Positions 18,923 to 27,631 of a DNA stretch of 64,000 bases are shown in pieces. This DNA is from a virus (Duplodnaviria; Heunggongvirae; Uroviricota; Caudoviricetes): the IMG/VR virus record IMGVR_UViG_3300011337_000358. The stretch is one strand, 5' to 3'. Each line of letters opens with the position of its first letter. The first letter of the stretch is position 1. A program made the translations under genes and the position numbers. The notes beneath the pieces are model-generated. The model was not told the origin of the DNA, did no database searches, and saw only the letters and a program-made list of their open reading frames with translations.

Positions 18923-19339
18923 ATGGCAACATGGATATTAAAAACACTGCACAAAAAGAGTGCATATGAAAGACAGCATTGGTACAAAGATGGTAAAGAA
19001 ATCATCCGTGAAGAAGGTTACCGTTGGGGCACATTTTACTGTGAAAGTGATGAGAAACCTGATATTGACCTAACTAATGATGATGGTTATGAAATTGGTC
19101 AAGATGAGTATGAGTGGGAGCTTGATAGCCTCGATGACGGTTGTTGGGCTGATTGGGAATTCCCCGATGACATGAGTGAAGAAGAACAAGAAGAAATTCA
19201 AAATGCTTGGGATGAAAATTATTTTGAAGGCATGGAAGAATTAGGTTGGAGTTGCGATGATACAGATTATATCTTGCAAGGTCCGTTAGAATTATCAGAT
19301 GAAGATGGTAATGTAGTAGGTTCTGGTGATACAGAATAA
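18923..19339 (+). CDS. Acidic Trp-rich protein, 'WEF.DD' family member 1 (DNA-mimic candidate)
   Basis: 'EYEWELDSLDDGCWADWEFPDDMSEEEQEEI' is paralogous to 19735-20220 and 50887-52254. Confidence 0.55.
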   Translation: MATWILKTLHKKSAYERQHWYKDGKEIIREEGYRWGTFYCESDEKPDIDLTNDDGYEIGQDEYEWELDSLDDGCWADWEFPDDMSEEEQEEIQNAWDENYFEGMEELGWSCDDTDYILQGPLELSDEDGNVVGSGDTE

Positions 19340-19362
19340 GTTCATTTCAAATAGGAGAAAAC

Positions 19363-19557
19363 ATGAGCGCACAAAATGATATCGAAACAAGTTTGGCAGC
19401 ATACAACGCTGAAAACGATAAGTTTAACAAAGGCAATGCAGCCGCAGGTACACGTGCCCGCAAAGCATTAGCAGAACTAGCTAAAGCAGTTAAGGCTCGC
19501 CGTAACGAAATTACAGCAGAAAAAGCCGCACGTGCTGAAGCAAAGGTAAAGGCTTAA
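19363..19557 (+). CDS. Small basic Ala/Lys-rich DNA-binding-like protein (histone H1/HU-tail-like)
   Basis: 'KARRNEITAEKAARAEAKVKA'; strong RBS AGGAGAAAAC. Confidence 0.5.
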   Translation: MSAQNDIETSLAAYNAENDKFNKGNAAAGTRARKALAELAKAVKARRNEITAEKAARAEAKVKA

Positions 19558-19558
19558 T

Positions 19559-19732
19559 ATGACCTGCAGAGGCTATGATAGCAGGGCAATTAAATTGCCA
19601 AAAGAGATAAAATGCAGAGCGGCAACTATTTTAGATAATCATCAGCGAGGTGAATTTATACGTAGTTGGGTAGCAATATATAAAGAGGCCGCACATTCAA
19701 GGGGCTCCAATAAAAAACATTCTAAGGATTAA
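19559..19732 (+). CDS. Hypothetical small protein (57 aa)
   Basis: ATG overlaps the upstream stop (TAATATG); below the 60-aa track cutoff. Confidence 0.3.
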   Translation: MTCRGYDSRAIKLPKEIKCRAATILDNHQRGEFIRSWVAIYKEAAHSRGSNKKHSKD

Positions 19733-19734
19733 TA

Positions 19735-20220
19735 ATGGCTAATGTCTACTGTATTAAACCACTAGAGAAGAAAAGTATTAGCTGGCGGGTAGAAATGTAC
19801 CGTGAGAATAGTGACGGATCTTTCAGTTGGTTTAATATGGAAGAATTATATCGTTGGGGTCAGGGTTTTATTGAAGAAGACCTTGATTGCAACCTGCCTT
19901 GGAAAGGTTCTAACTCTGCACATTGCAAAACAGATGCAGGTTGGGGATGTGAGTTTGAAGATTCTATCAGTATTGACTGGGAATTTTCAGACGATATCAC
20001 AGAATTGGAACAACAAGAAATTAAAGAATCATACTATGATGGTGGCGCGGCTTGGTTGTTTGACGGTGAACATGATTGGCAAACTGAAGATGATTATGTC
20101 ATAGTCTTGGCGCCCTTTAGTGTTGACTATGCTAGTGACAACGGTGATATAATCACTGAGAACGTAGAATTAAAAGAACGTCCACCATTAGACCCAAATG
20201 CGGCATGGCCTTTTTCTTAA
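19735..20220 (+). CDS. Acidic Trp-rich protein, 'WEF.DD' family member 2
   Basis: 'GWGCEFEDSISIDWEFSDDITELEQQEIKESY' is a paralog of 18923-19339. Confidence 0.55.
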   Translation: MANVYCIKPLEKKSISWRVEMYRENSDGSFSWFNMEELYRWGQGFIEEDLDCNLPWKGSNSAHCKTDAGWGCEFEDSISIDWEFSDDITELEQQEIKESYYDGGAAWLFDGEHDWQTEDDYVIVLAPFSVDYASDNGDIITENVELKERPPLDPNAAWPFS

Positions 20221-20304
20221 ACAAACACACACTAAGATAAATAAAGATGTAACACAAAGGTTACAAAATTTCAAAACAAAAACCATCACAAAGGAAGGTT
20301 ATCT

Positions 20305-20985
20305 ATGAGTTATAATAAAACAAAAACAGATCCAGAGTTGGGTCAACGAGTACACGAACATCTAGTTAAGATGGGTGTTGAAACTCCCACTAATCCAAAC
20401 AACTATGACCGTAAAGAAAAGATAGATCATATTGAAGCGCATTTTACACACATTATGCGTATCTTGGGTCTTGACTTAACAGACGATAGTTTGATTGAAA
20501 CCCCTAAGCGTGTTGCCAAGATGTATGTCAACGAAATCTTTTGGGGACTTGACTATGACGCATTCCCTAAATGTACAACAGTTGACAACAAGATGCAATA
20601 CAACGAAATGGTTGTAGAGCGTAATGTTAACGTTCAATCTAACTGCGAACATCATTTTGTAGTCATCGATGGACTAGCTACTGTAGCTTATGTCCCTAAA
20701 CAAAAAGTTCTAGGGCTTAGTAAGATAAACCGTATCGTAGAATATTTTAGCAAAAGGCCTCAAATCCAAGAGAGGTTAACAGAGCAAATTTTTCACACCT
20801 TACAGTTCATCCTTGAAACAGAAGATGTTGCAGTTATGATTGATGCACAACACTATTGTGTAAAATCACGTGGTGTAGAAGATACGGGATCTAGTACTGT
20901 TACTTGTCGTTTAGGTGGCGGTTTCAAATCAGATCCTGCGGCAAGACAAGAGTTTTTACAGATTGCTAACAAAGGTTGCAAATGA
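20305..20985 (+). CDS. folE: GTP cyclohydrolase I (FolE)
   Basis: 'QSNCEHHFVVIDG' matches FolE 'CEHHLVPF'. 'GLSKINRIVEYFSKRPQIQERLTEQI' matches the FolE C-terminal block. Confidence 0.9.
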   Translation: MSYNKTKTDPELGQRVHEHLVKMGVETPTNPNNYDRKEKIDHIEAHFTHIMRILGLDLTDDSLIETPKRVAKMYVNEIFWGLDYDAFPKCTTVDNKMQYNEMVVERNVNVQSNCEHHFVVIDGLATVAYVPKQKVLGLSKINRIVEYFSKRPQIQERLTEQIFHTLQFILETEDVAVMIDAQHYCVKSRGVEDTGSSTVTCRLGGGFKSDPAARQEFLQIANKGCK

Positions 20986-21113
20986 TTATTACAATATTAG
21001 TTACAATAGCAGTAATAATAGCTATTGTTATAATGATTGCTACGATGCCAAATGCTAGTAGATGTAACGGAGACTGCAATCAAGGTCGTAACTGTACTTG
21101 TAGGGAGCAATAA
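20982..21113 (+). CDS. Small hydrophobic Cys-rich membrane peptide (43 aa)
   Basis: 'MIITILVTIAVIIAIVIMIA…CNGDCNQGRNCTC'; ATGA-coupled to folE. Confidence 0.35.
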   Translation: MIITILVTIAVIIAIVIMIATMPNASRCNGDCNQGRNCTCREQ

Positions 21114-21331
21114 TGGCACTGATATATAAAGAAGTAGAAGTTGATATTGATCTGAGCGATTTTGATACTGACGAATTAGTTGAAGAATTGGAAAACCGTG
21201 GCTCAGGTGTTATGGACTACGATGACGGCAAGGAAGTACTACAGTCGATTTACGAAAAACGTAGACTTGGACAAGACTATCAGCAAGAACTAGACCAATT
21301 AATTTGGTTAGGATTAGGGAGAGTTGTATGA
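21113..21331 (+). CDS. Hypothetical small acidic protein
   Basis: ORF. Confidence 0.45.
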   Translation: MALIYKEVEVDIDLSDFDTDELVEELENRGSGVMDYDDGKEVLQSIYEKRRLGQDYQQELDQLIWLGLGRVV

Positions 21332-21522
21332 TGAAATTTAAATTAGGTGACATGGTTAAAAAAGTGTCTGGTTCACAATGGCATGGAAAAGTAGTTGGTA
21401 CATACTCAACTGAGTTAACGCCTGAAGGATATGCAGTTGAGAGTCATACAGAAAAAGGTTCTGTACAAATATACCCTGCAAAGGCTCTTGAGTTATGGGA
21501 GTTGAATAATGGGATTTCGTAA
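21328..21522 (+). CDS. Hypothetical small protein
   Basis: ORF with ATGA overlap. Confidence 0.45.
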   Translation: MMKFKLGDMVKKVSGSQWHGKVVGTYSTELTPEGYAVESHTEKGSVQIYPAKALELWELNNGIS

Positions 21523-21745
21523 ACAAATGGACTACAATGCAGTACATCATCAAATCTATATGAGTGGTGTAGAATTACATAGTAATTACAATGATGGTTA
21601 CAATCAGTTTGAAATCAAAAAAGATTTACATCGTATCAAGTGGTTGTTAGATGAGATTATGGCTGACAGCCCTACATTTGCAGGGGAAGACGAATTCTTA
21701 AAAGAACATGAACAAACTAAGATGTGGAGAACTCTTTCAAAATGA
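21509..21745 (+). CDS. Hypothetical small protein
   Basis: ORF. Confidence 0.45.
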   Translation: MGFRKQMDYNAVHHQIYMSGVELHSNYNDGYNQFEIKKDLHRIKWLLDEIMADSPTFAGEDEFLKEHEQTKMWRTLSK

Positions 21746-22215
21746 TTTTCAATCACATTAAAAAACTCAAACAAGATGGAAAGAAGATAGGTATTACTTT
21801 TAGTACATTCGACCTACTTCACGCAGGTCATATTGCTATGTTAAGTGAAGCAAAAAATCATTGTGATTATCTTATTTGTGGATTACAAACTGACCCCACG
21901 ATTGATCGACCTGAAACAAAGAATAAACCCATTCAAAGTATCGTAGAACGACAGATTCAACTTGCGGCTTGCCGCTATGTCGATGAAGTTGTTGTTTATC
22001 AAACTGAACAGGACCTTATTGACTTGTTACTTATTCTACCACTAGATGTTCGCATTTTGGGTGTAGAGTATGCAGATAAAGACTTTACCGGAAGATATGA
22101 AGGTAGTGAGCGTGGCATTGAAATTGTATTCAATGGTCGTGACCACAGTTTCAGCAGTAGTAGTTTACGAAAACGGGTAGCTGATGCCCAGATTATTAAC
22201 GTTCTTAATAAATAA
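21742..22215 (+). CDS. Cytidylyltransferase-like nucleotidyltransferase (TagD / glycerol-3-phosphate cytidylyltransferase-like)
   Basis: 'GITFSTFDLLHAGHIAMLSEAK' matches TagD 'VITYGTFDLLHWGHIKLLERAK'. Confidence 0.75.
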   Translation: MIFNHIKKLKQDGKKIGITFSTFDLLHAGHIAMLSEAKNHCDYLICGLQTDPTIDRPETKNKPIQSIVERQIQLAACRYVDEVVVYQTEQDLIDLLLILPLDVRILGVEYADKDFTGRYEGSERGIEIVFNGRDHSFSSSSLRKRVADAQIINVLNK

Positions 22216-22243
22216 CTATAGCGGTCTTTGGACATCATCCCGC

Positions 22244-22271
22244 TTTACAAATTCTGCTGCCTATGCTATAA
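22244..22271 (+). promoter_or_regulatory. Promoter TTTACA-16-TATAAT for queD
   Basis: Hexamers. Confidence 0.5.
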
Positions 22272-22289
22272 TCAACATAGGAGAAATTC

Positions 22290-22772
22290 ATGGCAAACAA
22301 AAAATTCTTTTCAACAAAGACATACAGACAAATAGGTCCTGTCGCTTATCGTCAATGGCGTGCTGACAGTCATTGTAACTTAATTCATGGCTATGCTATG
22401 AGTTTTCACTTTGAGTTTGAGGCTGATACGTTAGACGCACGTAACTGGGTAACTGACTTCGGTGGATTACGACCTCTCAAAGATAAACTAGAAGAATGGT
22501 TTGACCATACATTACTAGTTGCACAAGATGACCCAATGCGTGAACATCTATTAGAACTAGGTCGTTTAAAGCTAGCTAAAATTACAGAAGTAGAACGTAC
22601 TGGGTGTGAAGGTATTTCTGACTTTTTATATGAATACATTAACACAATTTTTTTGCCTAACTGCGGTAGTGAAGAAGCTAAACGTGTATGGTGCTGTAGA
22701 GTAGAAGTCCGCGAGACTGATAGTAACATGGCAGGACGTAGTGGTCATAGGGAAGATAGAGAGTTTGAATAA
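22290..22772 (+). CDS. queD: QueD / 6-pyruvoyl-tetrahydropterin synthase family protein (CPH4 synthase-like), variant metal site
   Basis: 'HCNLIHGYAMSFHFEFE' matches QueD 'CGRLHGHSFMVRLE' (C-x3-H-G-[HY]). Own promoter TTTACA-16-TATAAT at 22244-22271. Confidence 0.7.
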   Translation: MANKKFFSTKTYRQIGPVAYRQWRADSHCNLIHGYAMSFHFEFEADTLDARNWVTDFGGLRPLKDKLEEWFDHTLLVAQDDPMREHLLELGRLKLAKITEVERTGCEGISDFLYEYINTIFLPNCGSEEAKRVWCCRVEVRETDSNMAGRSGHREDREFE

Positions 22773-23395
22773 TGTTAGAAACAATTTGCGATACATTAGT
22801 TGAAGCATATAAACGCAACTGGATTACCAGTCGTGATGGCAATGTAAGTATTCGTCATCATGATCGGGATCATTTTTACATCACACCCAGTGGTGTGCGT
22901 AAGCAGACAATGCAACCGGATCAGTTTAAGAAGATTCGTATTGTTGGTAGTATGTTATGGGAAGAGCAACCATACACTGATATCAGTGCTAATCTTAAAC
23001 CGTCAGGTGAGCTACCACTACACCTCGGACTACAGCGAAAAATGGGACAGCACAATAATGATGTTAGAGTAGTAGTACATTTACATCCCACATACTGTGT
23101 TGCCGCTATGCACCGCGGCATTGAGTTGAGTAGTCTGGCTAATGACTTTCCTGAACTCAGTCGCTATACTAGCGTGGCACCCAATGTGGGTGATGTGCCT
23201 CCTATTAGCCAGGAACTTGCAGACCGCTGTCATGAAAATTTGGGACTAGATAAGAATGGTACTATTGCTTATGACATTGTAGGTATCAAAGGTCACGGTG
23301 TGGTCGCTATAGATACTAGCCCATGGAGGGCTTTTGAACATATTGAACGATTAGAACATATTTGTCAAATCGTATTAGCATCAGGGAAATATTAA
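22772..23395 (+). CDS. Class II aldolase/adducin-family protein (fuculose-1-phosphate aldolase-like)
   Basis: 'GELPLHLGL' and 'VVHLHPTYCVAAM' match the class II aldolase metal-binding blocks. Confidence 0.55.
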   Translation: MLETICDTLVEAYKRNWITSRDGNVSIRHHDRDHFYITPSGVRKQTMQPDQFKKIRIVGSMLWEEQPYTDISANLKPSGELPLHLGLQRKMGQHNNDVRVVVHLHPTYCVAAMHRGIELSSLANDFPELSRYTSVAPNVGDVPPISQELADRCHENLGLDKNGTIAYDIVGIKGHGVVAIDTSPWRAFEHIERLEHICQIVLASGKY

Positions 23396-23396
23396 A

Positions 23397-23810
23397 ATGT
23401 TAGACTGTATAATTATAGGTGATAGCATTGCAGTTGGTACAGCTATGGCTCGTCCAGAGTGTGTAAGTTATTCAAAAGGCGGCTGGAACAGTTGGCAATG
23501 GAACAAGGATTACTTAGCCAAAGCCTCTGCTCAACCTGCTCAAACTATAATCATTAGTCTTGGAGCCAACGACCACAAGGGTGTTAAGACTGAGCTTGAG
23601 TTACGTAAAATGCGAGAAGCAGTTAAGGGCCAGCGTGTGTTTTGGATCGATCCAGGTCAAGACCGTAAACCTATTCCACACGATGCAATTATTCGCATTG
23701 CTAAAGAATATGGTGATACAGTATTGCCTAGGCCAAAGAATCATATGAGTGCTGACGGAGTACATCCAACTGGTCGAGGTTATAAGATTTTAGGAGAGAT
23801 GGCAAAATGA
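23397..23810 (+). CDS. SGNH/GDSL-family hydrolase (short)
   Basis: Block I 'IIGDSIAVG', block III 'GANDH' and block V 'DGVHPT'. Confidence 0.6.
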   Translation: MLDCIIIGDSIAVGTAMARPECVSYSKGGWNSWQWNKDYLAKASAQPAQTIIISLGANDHKGVKTELELRKMREAVKGQRVFWIDPGQDRKPIPHDAIIRIAKEYGDTVLPRPKNHMSADGVHPTGRGYKILGEMAK

Positions 23811-24442
23811 GTTATATTGTAGGATCATTACCTCCTATTAAGTGTTGGATAAAACGTGAATTTCTTTACAACTTTGAAAAAGGTCACGGAGAATTAGAAC
23901 CTGCCATATGGGTAAGTCTTAAAGCATTACGTGGACAAGTGTTTCGTATTGAATCATTATTACCCAATTACGGAGCACTCTACGATAAACTGCCCATTCA
24001 TGCCTATGTATGGCAAGACAACTACACAGGCAATCTACCTATAGATACTTTACAACTCTGGGACTGCATGGGTTATCGCTTTACTATCATTGAAAAAATA
24101 GGTTTACGTAATCTAGGCGTTAAGTTCTTGGGCAAAGATAAAGAATGGCATCACGGAACTTATTTATTTACAGTAGATTTTTGTGCTGATGGAATGGATG
24201 TAGATACAGGTTTTACTGAAGTAGCAGAAGAACACAAGTCGTTTAATTTTATTAGATTAGAAAATGGACAGTTTGCTTGTCAACCCAATAATCGATGTTT
24301 GTGGTACGACCAAAGTTTGATTTCAGGTACAGTGAAATTTCCAGACTTTAAAGCCGCACAGACCATATTTACAGTAGATGGTACTCGCAAGTGGAGTGCA
24401 GGAGATGATTGGTTTTATTCTATTGAGGAAAAAAATGAATAG
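23807..24442 (+). CDS. Hypothetical protein
   Basis: ORF. Confidence 0.5.
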   Translation: MSYIVGSLPPIKCWIKREFLYNFEKGHGELEPAIWVSLKALRGQVFRIESLLPNYGALYDKLPIHAYVWQDNYTGNLPIDTLQLWDCMGYRFTIIEKIGLRNLGVKFLGKDKEWHHGTYLFTVDFCADGMDVDTGFTEVAEEHKSFNFIRLENGQFACQPNNRCLWYDQSLISGTVKFPDFKAAQTIFTVDGTRKWSAGDDWFYSIEEKNE

Positions 24443-24626
24443 TTTAGAAAAAATATGGGCTAGAGCAACTGGTCATTTAATGGGTAACACTGATGATGAT
24501 AGACCCGATGTACCTATTCTTACTTTACGAGAAGCAAGAATTGCATTGTTCCTAAAAACTTTCTGGATTATACTACATGTGATAACATGTTGTTTCATCA
24601 TAGCAAATACATTACGTCATTGGTAA
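24435..24626 (+). CDS. Hypothetical small membrane protein
   Basis: C-terminal TM 'FWIILHVITCCFIIANTL'. Confidence 0.35.
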   Translation: MNSLEKIWARATGHLMGNTDDDRPDVPILTLREARIALFLKTFWIILHVITCCFIIANTLRHW

Positions 24627-24629
24627 AAT

Positions 24630-24827
24630 ATGAACAAAAAAATTACAGAACTATGGGAACAGGCCGCTCAACGAGATGACTTACTAGACGAAAAACGGTA
24701 TGAGCATTTTGCTGAATTATTAATTAGAGATTGTGCAAAACAAGTTAATCATCTGGCTAAACAAGGTGGCGGAACTTGGGGCGAAGTCATTCTAGAAAAC
24801 TACAATATAAGTGTATATAAAAAATGA
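24630..24827 (+). CDS. Hypothetical small protein
   Basis: ORF. Confidence 0.4.
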   Translation: MNKKITELWEQAAQRDDLLDEKRYEHFAELLIRDCAKQVNHLAKQGGGTWGEVILENYNISVYKK

Positions 24828-25672
24828 GTCATTTAAAAGTATCAGAATTATTTTACAGTATCCAGGGAGAAGGTCGCTATATGGGAGTGCCAAGTATTTT
24901 CCTAAGAACATATGGATGCAATTTTACATGCGGTGGCTTCGGTATGCCTAAGGGAGAAATGAGTAATGAGAGAGATGTTATCGCAATTAAAGCAGAAGAT
25001 TATACAGATTATAAATCCTTACCACTTGTCAGTACTGGATGTGATAGTTACGCATCTTGGGACCCTCGCTTTAAACATCTTAGTCCTGTTATCTCTACCG
25101 ATTCTATTGCTGACAGTATTATGGATATACTTCCTCACAAGCGTTGGATGGATGAACATCTTGTTATTACAGGTGGTGAACCTTTGCTTGGATGGCAAAG
25201 AGCGTATCCAGACTTACTTTCAAACGAGAAAATGAGAGCATTGAAAGAGATTACATTTGAAACTAATGGCACACAAGAACTAAGTAAAGACCTTACTAAC
25301 TATCTTCATCAATGGAAGATCAGCCGTGAAAATAACGCACTTACATTCAGTGTGAGTCCTAAACTTAGTATCAGCGGTGAGAAGTGGGAAGAAGCAATAT
25401 GTCCACAAGTTGTTCGTCAATATGAAAGTGTTGGCTTTGTATATCTTAAATTTGTTATTGCTACTAAAGAAGATGCGATTGAGGCAGATAAAGCAGTTAA
25501 AGAATTTCGTACAGCTGGATTCAGAGGTCCAATATACTTCATGCCATGCGGTGGTGTAGAAAGTATCTATAATTTAAATGCTAGAAATGTTGCTATTGAA
25601 GCAATGAATCGTGGCTATCGCTATAGTGATAGATTACAGGTGCCTCTATTTAAAAATGAATGGGGGACATAA
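24824..25672 (+). CDS. queE: QueE-family radical SAM 7-carboxy-7-deazaguanine synthase
   Basis: 'ELFYSIQGEGRYMGVPSIFLRTYGCN' matches QueE 'EMFQTLQGEGYFTGVPAIFIRLQGC'. The Cys cluster 'GCNFTCGG' is atypical. Confidence 0.8.
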   Translation: MSHLKVSELFYSIQGEGRYMGVPSIFLRTYGCNFTCGGFGMPKGEMSNERDVIAIKAEDYTDYKSLPLVSTGCDSYASWDPRFKHLSPVISTDSIADSIMDILPHKRWMDEHLVITGGEPLLGWQRAYPDLLSNEKMRALKEITFETNGTQELSKDLTNYLHQWKISRENNALTFSVSPKLSISGEKWEEAICPQVVRQYESVGFVYLKFVIATKEDAIEADKAVKEFRTAGFRGPIYFMPCGGVESIYNLNARNVAIEAMNRGYRYSDRLQVPLFKNEWGT

Positions 25673-25875
25673 TGACAGAAACAAAAAAACGCACAGTGGT
25701 AAGGATGCTTACCTATAGATTGACAGCATGGTTATTCACAATCTTTTGGACTTATCTGTTTACAGGTAATCTAGGTAACTCAGCCGGCTTTGCTACTGCA
25801 TTACATATATTATTAAGTATAGACTATTACATTCACGAACGCATTTGGTTGAGAATCAAATGGGGTAAGGAATAA
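25672..25875 (+). CDS. Hypothetical small membrane protein
   Basis: Two hydrophobic segments. Confidence 0.4.
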   Translation: MTETKKRTVVRMLTYRLTAWLFTIFWTYLFTGNLGNSAGFATALHILLSIDYYIHERIWLRIKWGKE

Positions 25876-25876
25876 T

Positions 25877-26101
25877 ATGCCATTAGATCAAGTCCAATCA
25901 TATGATTACTTTTATGACAAATTGATAGGTACTGAACTTAAGTTTACTTGGCTACCCCAAACTTGTGACATATCAGGTAAGCGTATTTGGTTAAAGTATG
26001 GGTATAGGATGACTAGGATGATTACTGGACCGGGCACACCTGTCTTTGAGTATAGATGGCACGATAAGAATACCCATATTATATGGAAACTAAAAAGGTA
26101 A
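25877..26101 (+). CDS. Hypothetical small protein
   Basis: ORF. Confidence 0.4.
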   Translation: MPLDQVQSYDYFYDKLIGTELKFTWLPQTCDISGKRIWLKYGYRMTRMITGPGTPVFEYRWHDKNTHIIWKLKR

Positions 26102-26105
26102 ATAT

Positions 26106-26285
26106 ATGTATGAATTAAGATATCTTGTCCGAAACGGTTGGGATGGACCTGAACAAGTGTTACAATATAGAACTCAACATGAAGTAACAGACTATAGTGG
26201 CACAGATCCTAAAACAGGTGGATTCATTAGAAAAATAGAATGGACTGAATGGAAGTATGTCCCCACCGTAGATGAAACAAAATGA
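26106..26285 (+). CDS. Hypothetical small protein (59 aa)
   Basis: ORF coupled to neighbours. Confidence 0.3.
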   Translation: MYELRYLVRNGWDGPEQVLQYRTQHEVTDYSGTDPKTGGFIRKIEWTEWKYVPTVDETK

Positions 26286-27631
26286 AATTATACGATAAAC
26301 GAATTGCTTTTTTGATTAGTGACCAACATTTTATACCGCATGGTGGTATAGGTAGTTTTGCTAAAGGCTTTACTGAGATGTGTGGTCGTATCGGGTGGAA
26401 GGTTGATATTATATTAGACAAAGCACCTACTAATTTATTCAGTGATTTAATTATTAGTCTAGGTGCTAACATTGTTTACCCTGATGAACCACTACGATAC
26501 AGTGACCATACTGCTACGTTTGCATTTAGCGATACTATCAACTTTGAAAAGATTATCAACTTCCGTAAAGCAATATTAAAAGCATTTGAAACAAATGTAT
26601 ACGACATGATTGTGTGTAATACACAAGAGGCAATGACTGCTAGTTATGCCATGACGGTTAACAAGTATATACCTGTTGTATTCTATACTCATTTGCACAG
26701 TATGATTTTTCGTGAAAGTCAAGGTAGTGATGTATTTTTAGACAGCTATCACAATTTCTATAACAAACATATGGAGTTTACTGATATCATTATAGGCACA
26801 CAAAGTCAAAAGAACATTGACGAACTAACTAAGTTTGGTGCAACTAACTGTCAGTTATTGCGTATGCCAATGAGTGAACGTGGTCTATTAGAACGATACA
26901 ATGGATCTAAGAAGGGTGTACTATTCATTGGACGATGGGAAGAAGGTAAGAACCCTGAAGCATATATTCGTGTAATGAAAGAATGTAAATTACCATGTAA
27001 GGTAATGACAAATAGTAACGGTGCAAAAAAGTTTGAGAAGGCATTCAGTGACGCAGGTATTACTGATTATGAAATCAAAGCCGGTATTACTGGACAAGAG
27101 AAAGTAGATTTTGTTCGTGGTGCTAATGTATTCTTTATGCCCAGCCTTCGTGAAAACTATCCATTTGCATTTTTAGAATGTCTTGGTCATATGCCTTGTG
27201 TTGTGCTTGATAATCAAGATTGGTCAGACAACTTTGAGCGAGAATACTATCATCAAGTTTCAATTGGTTCAGCAGCCGACATGATTAAAACATTGTATGG
27301 CACAAATCAATTATCTTCAGTATTAGACTATGTGAAACAATTAGATGATGAGGTAGCTCAAGGTTGGATTACATTCTTAGATAATTTTGCAGGCAAGCGT
27401 AGCAACACAAATGCCGCAAAGATTAATACATATGATACAGTTAAGTATAGTGATTATATCAAGGATTTAAATCGTACACATTTAGCACGTGAGGACTTTG
27501 AAAGCGTACTCGCAAACAAATATAAGTTTTTAAATGTCTGCTACACAGATAGTGACACTTACCTAAGCAAAGACCCAACATATAAACCAGTCGAGGAAGA
27601 AACAGCATTAAGTCTGTTTGAAGGATTATGA
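26282..27631 (+). CDS. GT-B glycosyltransferase, family 4-like
   Basis: N-terminal 'ISDQHFIPHGGIGSF' (GT4 N-domain) and C-terminal 'FMPSLRENYPFAFLECLGHMPCVV' (E-x7-E motif). Confidence 0.7.
   Translation: MKLYDKRIAFLISDQHFIPHGGIGSFAKGFTEMCGRIGWKVDIILDKAPTNLFSDLIISLGANIVYPDEPLRYSDHTATFAFSDTINFEKIINFRKAILKAFETNVYDMIVCNTQEAMTASYAMTVNKYIPVVFYTHLHSMIFRESQGSDVFLDSYHNFYNKHMEFTDIIIGTQSQKNIDELTKFGATNCQLLRMPMSERGLLERYNGSKKGVLFIGRWEEGKNPEAYIRVMKECKLPCKVMTNSNGAKKFEKAFSDAGITDYEIKAGITGQEKVDFVRGANVFFMPSLRENYPFAFLECLGHMPCVVLDNQDWSDNFEREYYHQVSIGSAADMIKTLYGTNQLSSVLDYVKQLDDEVAQGWITFLDNFAGKRSNTNAAKINTYDTVKYSDYIKDLNRTHLAREDFESVLANKYKFLNVCYTDSDTYLSKDPTYKPVEEETALSLFEGL

Noticed and set aside
20221-20304. preQ1-I riboswitch upstream of folE
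   Set aside because: The hairpin loop is only 6 nt and lacks the conserved loop nucleotides. It is retained only as a low-interest inverted repeat.
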